Of a stretch of DNA of 64,000 bases, positions 45,587-55,230 are shown one piece after another. Position 1 is the first letter of the stretch. Each line of letters starts with the position of its first letter. This stretch comes from an uncultured Chromatiaceae bacterium. GTDB lineage: Bacteria > Pseudomonadota > Gammaproteobacteria > SZUA-140. The DNA is taken from positions 150,124 through 214,123 of the forward strand of contig CAZSAK010000001.1 in NCBI GenBank assembly GCA_964605155.1, in the 5' to 3' direction. The position numbers and the translations under genes are program-made. Below the pieces are notes generated by a model. That model had not been told where the DNA came from. It worked only from the letters and a program-made list of their open reading frames with translations, and did no database searches.

Positions 45587-46189
45587 ATGACACGTCATCT
45601 GCGTTTTCTGATCCCGCTGATTGTGTTCGGTGTGCTGGTTGCCTTTTTAGGCAAGGGGCTGTTTCTCAATCCGCGTGAGGTTCCATCACCCCTCATCGAC
45701 AAGGCGGCGCCCCTTTTCGAATTACCGCGGCTGGATGTCTCGTCAGGAACATTTTCCTCCGCAGACATGTTAGGCAAGGTGTGGCTGCTTAATGTATGGG
45801 CAACCTGGTGCGTTGCCTGTCGTCACGAGCACCGCGATCTTGTTGCTTTGTCACAACAACATCTCGTCCTTGTGGTTGGGCTCAATCACAAGGAGCTGCG
45901 CGGTGACGGTAGTATAGACAACTCGCAACTCAAATTGATAACACCCGATCAGGAGATTGCATTCGCGCGTCAGCGTGCCAACGAATGGTTGCAACAACTG
46001 GGCAATCCATATGTGCTTACGGTATTTGATCTTGATGGACGTGTGAGCATTGACTTTGGCGTGTATGGCGTGCCTGAGACATTCGTGATCGACAAGCAGG
46101 GGATTATTCGTTACAAACAGATCGGTCCCGTCACCCCTGAAGCCTTGAATGAAAAGATCCTGCCATTGGTAAAAAAATTACAGGGGTAA
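45587..46189 (+). CDS. ccmG: Periplasmic thiol:disulfide oxidoreductase CcmG/DsbE
   Basis: TM anchor, NVWATWCVACRHEH (CXXC), GVYGVPETFVID. Start at MTRH (45587). Confidence 0.88.
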   Translation: MTRHLRFLIPLIVFGVLVAFLGKGLFLNPREVPSPLIDKAAPLFELPRLDVSSGTFSSADMLGKVWLLNVWATWCVACRHEHRDLVALSQQHLVLVVGLNHKELRGDGSIDNSQLKLITPDQEIAFARQRANEWLQQLGNPYVLTVFDLDGRVSIDFGVYGVPETFVIDKQGIIRYKQIGPVTPEALNEKILPLVKKLQG

Positions 46190-46196
46190 TGATCTG

Positions 46197-46676
46197 ATGG
46201 TGCGTACTATTGTTATCTTGCTTTCCTTGATGCTGCCGGTCTTTTCTCTTGCAGCCAAGGAGGCACAGCCAATGTCTGATGATCCGGTGATCGAGGCACG
46301 CATGATGAAGCTTGCCGCTGATATGCGCTGCCTGGTATGCCAGAATCAGTCACTTGCTGATTCACATTCCGATTTTGCCGCGGATTTGCGCCAGGAGATG
46401 CGCGAAATGATGAAACAGGGCAAGACGGATAAGGAGATAGTCGAATATATGGTGGCGCGCTTCGGTGATTTTGTATTATTCAATCCACCGTTGAAGACCA
46501 CTACCGTACTGCTGTGGTTCGGGCCGTTCATACTCTTGGTGGTCGGGGGCGCTGCCCTGATGATCAGTCTGAAACGCCGTCGTCAGCGAACAGAGAAGGC
46601 ATCACTGTCCGCCGCGGAGATAGCGCGTGCCGAGCGCTTACTGGGCGATCAGGCAGGCGGAGAACGCAAGGTATGA
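46197..46676 (+). CDS. ccmH: Cytochrome c biogenesis protein CcmH
   Basis: LRCLVCQNQSLADS motif and a C-terminal TM helix. Confidence 0.88.
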   Translation: MVRTIVILLSLMLPVFSLAAKEAQPMSDDPVIEARMMKLAADMRCLVCQNQSLADSHSDFAADLRQEMREMMKQGKTDKEIVEYMVARFGDFVLFNPPLKTTTVLLWFGPFILLVVGGAALMISLKRRRQRTEKASLSAAEIARAERLLGDQAGGERKV

Positions 46677-47959
46677 TGATCTTCTGGATCGTGGTTGTGC
46701 TGTTTATCACCGCGGCACTGCTCTTCGTCATTCCACCCTTGATCAGCCGGCACGCGAATAACGAATCGGTTGAACGGAATACGCTGAATATCACTATTTA
46801 CCGCGACCAGCTCGCCGAGCTCGAGCGCGACCTCGAGAATGACGTCATTACGCGCGAACAGTACGAGCAGGGGCGCCTGGAGCTCGAGCAGAGATTGCTT
46901 GAGGATGTGCCTGAAGGAGCTGATGCATCGGTTGTCGCCAACACCCCTAAAGGTAAAGGCAGACTCGCTGCCGTGCTCGTTGGCATAGCCATCCCTGTGT
47001 TCGCGATCGGTATCTATCAATGGCTGGGGACCCCGGAATCCATCTCGCCCTCCGGGCGTGCCGCGGCAACAGCGGAAAATGCAACACCGTCAGATATGTC
47101 CGCACAGATCTCCGCGATGGTGTCCCAGCTTGCACAGCGTCTTGAGGAAAATCCCGCAGATCCTGAAGGATGGTCGATGCTGGGACGTTCATATCTGGTG
47201 CTGGGCCGCCTCGATGATGCGATTGCGGCCTATGAGAAAGCCATCAGCCTTGCCAATGATGACCCGAACCTGCTGGTCGATTATGCCGATGCGCTGGCCA
47301 TGGCCAGCGGTGCACAATCACTGGAAGGTAGACCGATACAATTGATCGACAAGGCACTCACGATCGATCCCGACAATCAAAAGGGATTATGGCTGGCCGG
47401 TACCGCCGCATTTGAAAGGGCTGATTTTCAACAGGCACTTGATTACTGGCGCAAGCTCTATCGGATGTTGCCGCAGGACTCTGAAGATGCACGAGTCATG
47501 CAGGGCAATATCAAGGAGGCCGAGTCCTTGCTGGCGGGTCGATCGAATGTCGCCTCTGTTGATGGTGATGGCGCTGGACAGGATTCGCCGCAAAATGTTG
47601 CCAAAGACCTGCAGGACAGTCATGTGACCGGTGTGGTCAAGCTGGACAAAAGTCTTGCCGGCCGGTTCAGCGAGAACGATACCGTGTTTATATTCGCGCG
47701 GGCATCGGAAGGCCCTCGCATGCCACTGGCCGTCCTGCGTGCCCGGGTCAAGGACCTGCCACTGGATTTTTCGCTGGATGATTCCATGGCTATCAATCCT
47801 GCGATGACTATTTCACAATTTCCGGAAGTGATCGTCGTCGCCAGGATTTCAAAATCGGGCAACGCCATGCCCCAAAGCGGCGATGTACAGGGAACGTCCG
47901 ATGTACTGCGTGTTGGCGTGGATGAGGCAAATATCGTGATGAACGAGGTCTTGCCATAA
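46673..47959 (+). CDS. ccmI: Cytochrome c biogenesis TPR protein CcmI/CycH
   Basis: MMIFWIVVVLFITAALLFVIPPL TM helices, then TPR units (GWSMLGRSYLVLGRLDDAIAAYEKAI...). The ATG overlaps the ccmH stop. Confidence 0.8.
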   Translation: MMIFWIVVVLFITAALLFVIPPLISRHANNESVERNTLNITIYRDQLAELERDLENDVITREQYEQGRLELEQRLLEDVPEGADASVVANTPKGKGRLAAVLVGIAIPVFAIGIYQWLGTPESISPSGRAAATAENATPSDMSAQISAMVSQLAQRLEENPADPEGWSMLGRSYLVLGRLDDAIAAYEKAISLANDDPNLLVDYADALAMASGAQSLEGRPIQLIDKALTIDPDNQKGLWLAGTAAFERADFQQALDYWRKLYRMLPQDSEDARVMQGNIKEAESLLAGRSNVASVDGDGAGQDSPQNVAKDLQDSHVTGVVKLDKSLAGRFSENDTVFIFARASEGPRMPLAVLRARVKDLPLDFSLDDSMAINPAMTISQFPEVIVVARISKSGNAMPQSGDVQGTSDVLRVGVDEANIVMNEVLP

Positions 47960-48004
47960 GGTTCATCTGATTGCCTGGTCGAATTTATACGGGCTTGAAA
48001 CAGT

Positions 48005-48559
48005 ATGGCGATGATCAGCGGAAAAATGTCAAGAGGATTATGCGCTGCGTTGCTCATGATGTTTACGCTGTCGGCCTGCAATCAGGCGCCGCCGTTTGAT
48101 GGTCTGCGTGAAGGCAGCCTGGTACCTCCCCTGACGTTGACCGGGCTTGATGGCAAACAGGTATTGATCGATTCGTTCAGGGGAAAGCTGGTTGTGCTGA
48201 ATATATGGGCAACGTGGTGCGCACCCTGCAGACATGAATTGCCGAGCCTGGAACGCCTGTATCAACGCCTCGATCCACAGCGTTTTGTGGTGGCGGGACT
48301 GTCCGTCGACAATGATGTGCTGCAGGCGCGTGAGTATCTGATCGACAAAGGCATCACCTTTACCAGTTATATCGATCAGGATATGAAGATAGCAACGGAT
48401 ATACTCGCTGTTCGTATTTTCCCGGATACGCTGATTATATCGCCACAGGGCATTGTATTGCGGCGTATCGCAGGAGAGCGCGCCTGGGATGAATCACGCG
48501 TGATCAAGGCGCTGGAAGGCGCGTATGAAGGCAACGAGGCGCCGCTGGCCGGCCTTTAA
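48005..48559 (+). CDS. TlpA/ResA-family thioredoxin-like lipoprotein
   Basis: Lipobox LSAC. NIWATWCAPCRHELP redox motif. Confidence 0.8.
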   Translation: MAMISGKMSRGLCAALLMMFTLSACNQAPPFDGLREGSLVPPLTLTGLDGKQVLIDSFRGKLVVLNIWATWCAPCRHELPSLERLYQRLDPQRFVVAGLSVDNDVLQAREYLIDKGITFTSYIDQDMKIATDILAVRIFPDTLIISPQGIVLRRIAGERAWDESRVIKALEGAYEGNEAPLAGL

Positions 48560-48655
48560 CAAGGCGGTGTTCGCTCATGGCGTTGATGACGGCAGATATG
48601 CGAAAATAGCCGGCAGGTGGTTATACATTTTGCAGATTAAAGGAGAGCAGGTCAT

Positions 48656-49018
48656 ATGTTAAACGGTGCTATCGGAATCGGTGGCTTGATATCAGGCCAC
48701 AGGCAGTTTGTTCAATGGATGCTGGCACTGACGGGCGCGGTGGTTTTGATGTGTTATGGCCAGTGCCTCTACGCGGCGGATCCATTAAAGGGTTCGAAGT
48801 TATACCAGTCACACTGTATCAACTGTCACGGTGCCAACGGCTCAGGCGAGATGCCGAATACGCCCGATTTTTCCCGGGGTGAAAAGCTGTTGCAGTCCGA
48901 TAACGTGTTACTCGAAACCATCAAGGCCGGACAGGGAATGATGCCGGCCTATCGCGGCATGTTTACCGATGATGAGATACGTGACCTGATTGCATATATC
49001 AGAACCTTGCGTCGATGA
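48656..49018 (+). CDS. Monohaem class I cytochrome c
   Basis: GSKLYQSHCINCHGANG...GQGMMPAY...DDEIRDLIAYIRTL. Confidence 0.85.
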   Translation: MLNGAIGIGGLISGHRQFVQWMLALTGAVVLMCYGQCLYAADPLKGSKLYQSHCINCHGANGSGEMPNTPDFSRGEKLLQSDNVLLETIKAGQGMMPAYRGMFTDDEIRDLIAYIRTLRR

Positions 49019-50151
49019 GGCGTAAAGCCGGCAAGCTACCTTGCATATACCTGGTGCTGCTGGCCGCATATGGGTGCTCCGGTCCCGATGATGATAGTCA
49101 CGTAACAAGCAATCAACCGGATACAACGGATACCCGGCAAGCAGAGGTTACCGGTTCAAGTGATGATCACATGGCCCATGTTATCGAGTCCTTCGAGGTG
49201 GGCCGTCAGGTGTATGTGAGATCACTGGTAGTTGAGCCGGCAAAACACTCCCTGTGGGTGGGCACATCCGTGGGTGTGCATGAGATCGATCTCGCAAATC
49301 AACAGGTCCTCAATACGTTTACCCGTGACGATGGTCTCGCCAATGAATATGTCTTCGCCATGATGGTCGATCAGCAGGGAAATAAATGGTTCGGTACCAA
49401 CGGCGGCGGCGCGACACGTTACAAGGATGACACCTGGAAAACCTTTTTCCCGATGCATGGCCTGGCGGATTACTGGGTATATGCCTTTAATGAACAGTCG
49501 GACGGTACCGTGTGGATAGGTACCTGGGCGGGCGCCAACCGCTATGACCCCGTCGACAACCGCTTTACCACCTACTACGATGAGCTGGTCAATGAATGGG
49601 TCTATGGCATCGGTGTCGACTCCGGTGACCGGGTCTGGTTCGGAACCGAGGGCGGCGTATCGATGTATGACGGTACGAACTGGCGGTCCTGGACCCACAA
49701 AGACGGGCTTGGCGCACCCAATAATGATAACCTGCCTGTGAGCACCAATACCGGTCTTGGAACACGCGCCCGTCATAACCTGAGCGTTCTCAATGGCGGT
49801 CAGCCTACCTATAACCCGAACTATGTATTTTGTATTAGCGTTGCAGACGATGATACAGTGTGGGCGGGCACATGGGGTGGCGGTGTCAGTCGTTTCGTGG
49901 ACGGTGAGTGGCATAATCTCACTACCGCTGACGGCCTGGCCGGTAATATCGTCTTCAGTATGACACAGGACCGGGAGGGGGTATTCTGGTTCGGTACGGA
50001 ACAGGGCCTGTCCCGCTATGACGGGAAATCGTGGCAGACAATCGGACCTGAGCAGGGTCTGCTGGGTGACAGCGTATATGCCGTTGCATCAACACCCGCA
50101 GGGGAGATCTGGGCGGGAACCCTGGGCGGCGTGACACGCATTGGCTATTAA
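49015..50151 (+). CDS. Stand-alone two-component-regulator-propeller (Reg_prop-like) lipoprotein
   Basis: Signal peptide plus Cys (AAYGCSG). Repeated W(F/I/A)GT.GGG..RYD/RF units (KWFGTNGGGATRY, VWIGTWAGANRYD, VWFGTEGGVSMYD, VWAGTWGGGVSRF, FWFGTEQGLSRYD, IWAGTLGGVTRI). The ATG overlaps the cytochrome c stop. Confidence 0.65.
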   Translation: MRRKAGKLPCIYLVLLAAYGCSGPDDDSHVTSNQPDTTDTRQAEVTGSSDDHMAHVIESFEVGRQVYVRSLVVEPAKHSLWVGTSVGVHEIDLANQQVLNTFTRDDGLANEYVFAMMVDQQGNKWFGTNGGGATRYKDDTWKTFFPMHGLADYWVYAFNEQSDGTVWIGTWAGANRYDPVDNRFTTYYDELVNEWVYGIGVDSGDRVWFGTEGGVSMYDGTNWRSWTHKDGLGAPNNDNLPVSTNTGLGTRARHNLSVLNGGQPTYNPNYVFCISVADDDTVWAGTWGGGVSRFVDGEWHNLTTADGLAGNIVFSMTQDREGVFWFGTEQGLSRYDGKSWQTIGPEQGLLGDSVYAVASTPAGEIWAGTLGGVTRIGY

Positions 50152-50183
50152 GCTTTAACTACTTGATTACAGGATAAGCAGTT

Positions 50184-51446
50184 GTGAGATTGAATTACAT
50201 CGGCATGGCGATACTGATCATCGTGATAGGTGCCGTGATTATCGGGAGTTATAAACTGGGCGAGCAACAGGCAGCCACTTCACAACCTGCGTCCGTTGCA
50301 GACAAACAGAATGCAGGTACTGCGGGTCCATTGCCCCCCAATGCCCGCTTGCCGGCGAATCATCCATCCATCACGGGCGGGGAGTCCTCCGCCGGCACTC
50401 CACAGGCAGCCGGGCCGTCAGATGCAAAATTCACCCATTTCCGTGTCGGTAACCGCAATGTCAAGTCCCTTTTCATCGACGGGGAGAAGACCTGGATAGG
50501 CACTTCCGGCGGTGTTATCCGTTACGATACCTCGAATGACACCTACAAGGTATTCGATAACCAGGTTGATGGTATATTGTCCAACGGTATTTTTCATGTC
50601 AGCAAGCTCGGCGACAGTATTGTGGTGGGGACCTACGGCGGAGGCTTGTCGTTGTTCGACACCAAGACGGAACAATGGAAGAACTACAACATACCCCAGG
50701 GTCTGGCGGACCAGTTCGTCTATGAATTGATGCAGGCCTCCAATGGTGATGTATGGATTGCCACCTGGTCGGGCGTCAATCGTATTCGGGGCGGTGATCT
50801 GGATGATGCATCGAAATGGGACATGTTTACCGTGGAAAATACCCACGGCGGGTTGCCTAACCGCTGGGTATACGGTGAGGAAGAGGGCAAGGATGGCGAG
50901 ATGTGGTTTGCGACCGAAGAGGGTCTCGCCCGTTTCAAGGATGGCAAATGGCAGAACTGGAAACATGCCGATGGTCTCGGGGCGGCGTATGATCTTGTTA
51001 AGGACGAGATCAAGTTTACCAATGATCCGGGCAAGGCATCACAGCATCACGCACAACTCAAAACGGAACAGGGCCTGCAGAATATCGGTGTGGCATACAA
51101 CCCCAATTATATTATTTCACTGCAGGTCGATCGTGACGGTATTGTGTGGTGCGGTACGTGGGGCGGTGGGCTGGCGCGTTTTGACGGCAGCAGCTGGCAT
51201 AATTACACGACGGCTGACGGTCTGCCCGCAAATCATATATTTATGCTGTATCTGGATCCGCAAGGACAATTGTGGATAGGCACCAGCAAGGGATTGGCGC
51301 GCTACAATAGGGACAGTGACGGTTTCTCCGTAATGACGACGGCCGATGGCCTGTTTGCCGACAATGTGTTTTCCATGGCATCGGCACCTGACGGTACAAA
51401 GTGGATCGGCAGCTTCGGTGGGGTCGCCAGAATATTCAGTAATTAA
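50184..51446 (+). CDS. Stand-alone Reg_prop-like propeller protein, membrane-anchored
   Basis: N-terminal TM helix and a Pro/Ala/Gly linker. The same repeat type is present (TWIGTSGGVIRYD, VVGTYGGGLSLFD, VWIATWSGVNRI, MWFATEEGLARF, VWCGTWGGGLARFD, LWIGTSKGLARY, KWIGSFGGVARI). GTG start. Confidence 0.65.
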   Translation: MRLNYIGMAILIIVIGAVIIGSYKLGEQQAATSQPASVADKQNAGTAGPLPPNARLPANHPSITGGESSAGTPQAAGPSDAKFTHFRVGNRNVKSLFIDGEKTWIGTSGGVIRYDTSNDTYKVFDNQVDGILSNGIFHVSKLGDSIVVGTYGGGLSLFDTKTEQWKNYNIPQGLADQFVYELMQASNGDVWIATWSGVNRIRGGDLDDASKWDMFTVENTHGGLPNRWVYGEEEGKDGEMWFATEEGLARFKDGKWQNWKHADGLGAAYDLVKDEIKFTNDPGKASQHHAQLKTEQGLQNIGVAYNPNYIISLQVDRDGIVWCGTWGGGLARFDGSSWHNYTTADGLPANHIFMLYLDPQGQLWIGTSKGLARYNRDSDGFSVMTTADGLFADNVFSMASAPDGTKWIGSFGGVARIFSN

Positions 51447-51554
51447 TAAAAATACAGAAAGGCAGGGATGCAATATGTCTCCTGATGTCCGTGGTGCTGT
51501 ATCCGCAACAGTACTACAGAATTTCCACTAAAGATTGAAAATGAATTTGCGACG

Positions 51555-54047
51555 ATGAAGAGTATCGGCATACGCCTTGCTTTTGTTATATCTTTTTTAT
51601 TATTTGGCCTGATGGTGATGGTTGGATTGTGGATAGACAGGCAACTGACACAGTCCATCGAGGACGAGGACGCCAGGCAGGCGCAGATCCATGCAGAATC
51701 GATGCTGGTAAGCCTGCGGACGCTGATGTTGAGTGGCCAAGGAACCGTCGCCAGGGACTGGCTCAACCGTATGCAGGATCAGCGGGGTATCATCGGCATA
51801 CAGGTACTGCGCAAGAACGGTAATGAGGCGTTTGCCGATACGAATACCGTGAATGCAGTGAATCATTTCCTTAATGAGGAACGTTTCCACCGCGCCCCGA
51901 CACCGCCACGGACATCCAGTCCACCGCCGCCGGGTATATTTGATCGCGCGTTGCAAGGGAAGACGGTGTTTGACCAGCGTACCCCGGGGCAACTGACCGT
52001 CTATATGCCCATCAAGACAGATAGCCAGTGTCTCTCCTGCCACGGTTACGATCAATCTTCGCTGCGCGGGGTACTCAGGCTCAGCCTGTCAACAAAGGCA
52101 TCGACACAACATATCCAGAACATGCGGACATCATTATGGGGGATTGCGGCCTCCGTCACCGGCATCCTCGCGGTCTCGCTATGGCTGGTTCTGCGTTTCA
52201 GCGTATTGAAGCCTATCGCACGACTGCGTAATGCAATCATCCGGGTCGGGCGGGGCGACAGATCTGCAAAATTACCGGTATTGCATCACGATGAACTGGG
52301 AATGGTGAGTGCGGAGTTTAACCGGATGCTGAATCGTTTGCGGGCGAGCGAGACACGTATCCGTGCCGTGACCAACAGCGTGGCAGACGCGATCATCACT
52401 ATCGACGAGCAGGGCATTATCGACACGGTTAATCCCGCAGCGGAAAACCTTTTCGGGTATCGGGCGGAGGAATTATCGGGAAATAATATCAACATATTAA
52501 TGCCCCAGCCTGATCGCGATCAGCACAACGAATATATTTCCAGCTATCTTGAAACGGGTGATACCAGGATACTCGGCGTGACACGTGAACTTGTCGGCCA
52601 GCGCAAGGACGGATCGTTATTCCCGATGGAGCTTGCCATCAGTGAAATGCTGATGGATGACAAGCGTCATTTTATCGGTATCATGCGCGATATTACCGAA
52701 CGCAAGGAGCATATCGCCCAGCTTGAATATCAGGCATTGCATGATTCCTTAACGGGCCTGCCGAACCGCACATTGCTCGTGGATCGCATTGAGCAGGCGA
52801 TTCGCACTGCCAACCGGGAACGCAAGCAGCTTGCCCTGGTGATCATGGATCTTGATCACTTCAAGGAGATCAACGACTCACTCGGTCATGAAAACGGTGA
52901 TCGTGTACTGCAGGACGTGGCGCACCGCATGAAAAGGGTGTTGCGCAGTTCGGATACCATCGCCCGTCTTGGCGGCGATGAGTTTGCGGTCTTGCTGCCC
53001 GCCGCGGACGTTGAACACGCATCTCAATTATCGACCAAGCTGCTCTTCGTGCTGGAACAACCGTTCGAGATCGACGGCCATACCTTCCTCATGGGCGCAA
53101 GCATCGGTATCGCCTTGTTTCCTGATCATGGCGGCGATGTCGGAACACTCATGAGGCGGGCGGATGTCGCCATGTATGTGGCAAAACGCTCACGGCGCGG
53201 TTTTGCGGTGTATGAATCCAGACAGGATCAACACAGCCTGCATTCCCTCTCACTGATGAGCGAACTGCGATCCGCAATCGAAAACGATCAACTGGTGTTG
53301 TGTTATCAACCGGTGATCAACCTGCAGACACACCGTGTGAGTGGTGTCGAGGCCCTGGCAAGGTGGCATCATCCAAAACACGGTCTGTTGTATCCGGATG
53401 AATTTATCCCGCTGGCGGAACAGACGGGACTGATCAGGACTCTGACCCTGTGGGTCTTGAAACAGGCAACCGAGCAGAGCCAGGAATGGTCCAAGGCGGG
53501 TATCGAGCTGAGGGTGGCGGTCAATCTATCAGTGCGGAATCTGCATGATACGCATTTCCCCGAACAGGTCGCCAACATCATCGCCAGCGGCGGCGTACAG
53601 CTTTCGCGCCTGAGACTGGAGATCACCGAGACAGCGATTATGTCCGATCCCACCCGTGCCCTTGAGATCCTGAATCACATGGGTGCGATGGGGGTCAAGA
53701 TCTCCATCGATGACTATGGCACGGGTTATTCGTCGCTTTCCTACCTCAAGCAACTGCCGGTGGACGAATTGAAGATAGACAAGTCGTTCGTGATGGGCAT
53801 CACCGTGGATGACAATGACGCGGTAATCGTCCGTTCCACCATCGATCTGGCACATAACATCGGCATGAAGGTGGTCGCAGAAGGTGTCGAGAACCAGATG
53901 ATTTACAACATGCTTGCAGGTCTCCATTGTGATTCGGCCCAGGGGTTCTATATGGGTGAGGCGCTCAGCGCTATCGAACTGGTCAAATGGATGCAGGAGT
54001 CACCCTTCGGGCTGAAGAAACAATACCGGCGACCCCAGTTTTCTTAA
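51555..54047 (+). CDS. Sensor diguanylate cyclase/phosphodiesterase with a CXXCH-bearing periplasmic domain, then HAMP-PAS-GGDEF-EAL
   Basis: TM1, then a periplasmic region of about 165 aa ending in SQCLSCHGYDQSSLRGVLRLSLS (DUF3365/Tll0287-like haem c motif from memory), TM2, HAMP and PAS. RLGGDEFAVLL (intact GGDEF). VEALARW...DDYGTGYSSLSYLKQLPVDELKIDKSF (intact EAL). Confidence 0.85.
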   Translation: MKSIGIRLAFVISFLLFGLMVMVGLWIDRQLTQSIEDEDARQAQIHAESMLVSLRTLMLSGQGTVARDWLNRMQDQRGIIGIQVLRKNGNEAFADTNTVNAVNHFLNEERFHRAPTPPRTSSPPPPGIFDRALQGKTVFDQRTPGQLTVYMPIKTDSQCLSCHGYDQSSLRGVLRLSLSTKASTQHIQNMRTSLWGIAASVTGILAVSLWLVLRFSVLKPIARLRNAIIRVGRGDRSAKLPVLHHDELGMVSAEFNRMLNRLRASETRIRAVTNSVADAIITIDEQGIIDTVNPAAENLFGYRAEELSGNNINILMPQPDRDQHNEYISSYLETGDTRILGVTRELVGQRKDGSLFPMELAISEMLMDDKRHFIGIMRDITERKEHIAQLEYQALHDSLTGLPNRTLLVDRIEQAIRTANRERKQLALVIMDLDHFKEINDSLGHENGDRVLQDVAHRMKRVLRSSDTIARLGGDEFAVLLPAADVEHASQLSTKLLFVLEQPFEIDGHTFLMGASIGIALFPDHGGDVGTLMRRADVAMYVAKRSRRGFAVYESRQDQHSLHSLSLMSELRSAIENDQLVLCYQPVINLQTHRVSGVEALARWHHPKHGLLYPDEFIPLAEQTGLIRTLTLWVLKQATEQSQEWSKAGIELRVAVNLSVRNLHDTHFPEQVANIIASGGVQLSRLRLEITETAIMSDPTRALEILNHMGAMGVKISIDDYGTGYSSLSYLKQLPVDELKIDKSFVMGITVDDNDAVIVRSTIDLAHNIGMKVVAEGVENQMIYNMLAGLHCDSAQGFYMGEALSAIELVKWMQESPFGLKKQYRRPQFS

Positions 54048-54063
54048 TCGTATGTGAATCGTG

Positions 54064-55158
54064 TCAGGAAGAAGGCGGGCTAGAAGGAACCGCGTAACCT
54101 TCGTTCGCCGGCAGATTGTACGGGCGAAACACATCGATCTTGCGGAAAAACTGGTCGACGATGTAGATACGCCCGTTTTCATCCACATCGATACCGGCGG
54201 GAAGCATGTAGTTGCCGGGTATACCGGCATTGCCGCGTTCGCCGATAAACATCAACAACTGGCCTGCGGGGTTAAAGATCTGGAAGTTGCCAAAGGCGGT
54301 ATCTACAACGTAGATGTTACCGGAGTTATCGACGGAAATACCCTTGGGCCGGGCGAATTGCCCCGGCATCCTGCCCACGGAACCAAAGGCAAAATCGAAA
54401 CGGCCATCGGGATAGAATGACTGCACCCGGAAGTTACCACCGTCGACGACGAATATCTTGCCATCAGGCCCTACGGCGATTTGCAACGGAAGATTGAAAT
54501 CACCCTGCTGCTTGCCCCGTTTGCCGATGGTATCCAGCAGCTTGCCGCTGGCGGAGTCAAAAACCAGGAGATGATGGCTGTCCGAATTCACGCCGCCGGT
54601 ATCCAGTACATAGAGGCGAGTACCATCCGGATTAACGGCGACGTCGGTGGGACGGTTCAGTTGATCCTTGCTGCCGATGGCGCGCAGGTAATGTCCCTCA
54701 AGGTCGTAGACCATGACACGTCGCGCACTTACGTCGGCGACGTAGATTTCACCCTCGGTGGAGATGTCAATGCCCAGCGGTTTGACCAGTTCACCGGGTT
54801 TATCGATGCCGAATTCAAGAAACCGTTTACCCGGTATGTCATAAAGCAGTACGGCACGCTGCACGGTATCAGTGACATAGACACGTCCTTTATGCACCGC
54901 CACATCGAAGGGTTTGACCATTCCCCTGAGCTTGCGTGAAGAGCCGGTGGCGAACTGCTTGAAGCGCATGCCGGCGGTATATTCCTCGACATCGTCGTTG
55001 TAAATCAAGGTACGTTCAAAGATAAACCGCGGCTCGCTGGGAGGCGGCGGGTAGACAGGCGGTTCGAATTCATGAGGTTGTGGCGGCGATGCGGCGCATC
55101 CCGTCAGCAACAGCACTACGACGGTGGCAATAAGATGGAACGCCCGCTTTTGAAGCAT
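54064..55158 (-). CDS. NHL-repeat beta-propeller lipoprotein (third copy)
   Basis: Lipobox LLTGC. NHL units VYVTDTVQRAVLLY, IYVADVSARRVMVY, LYVLDTGG, IFVVDGGNFRVQSF, IYVVDTAFGNFQIF and IYIVDQFFRKIDVF. Confidence 0.8.
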   Translation of the reverse strand: MLQKRAFHLIATVVVLLLTGCAASPPQPHEFEPPVYPPPPSEPRFIFERTLIYNDDVEEYTAGMRFKQFATGSSRKLRGMVKPFDVAVHKGRVYVTDTVQRAVLLYDIPGKRFLEFGIDKPGELVKPLGIDISTEGEIYVADVSARRVMVYDLEGHYLRAIGSKDQLNRPTDVAVNPDGTRLYVLDTGGVNSDSHHLLVFDSASGKLLDTIGKRGKQQGDFNLPLQIAVGPDGKIFVVDGGNFRVQSFYPDGRFDFAFGSVGRMPGQFARPKGISVDNSGNIYVVDTAFGNFQIFNPAGQLLMFIGERGNAGIPGNYMLPAGIDVDENGRIYIVDQFFRKIDVFRPYNLPANEGYAVPSSPPSS

Positions 55159-55230
55159 CTAGGATAAAAAACCAGCAGCAACTCTGGAATCAGATCCCAA
55201 TACGGTAATCGTCATTTTGATTTGCTCATT

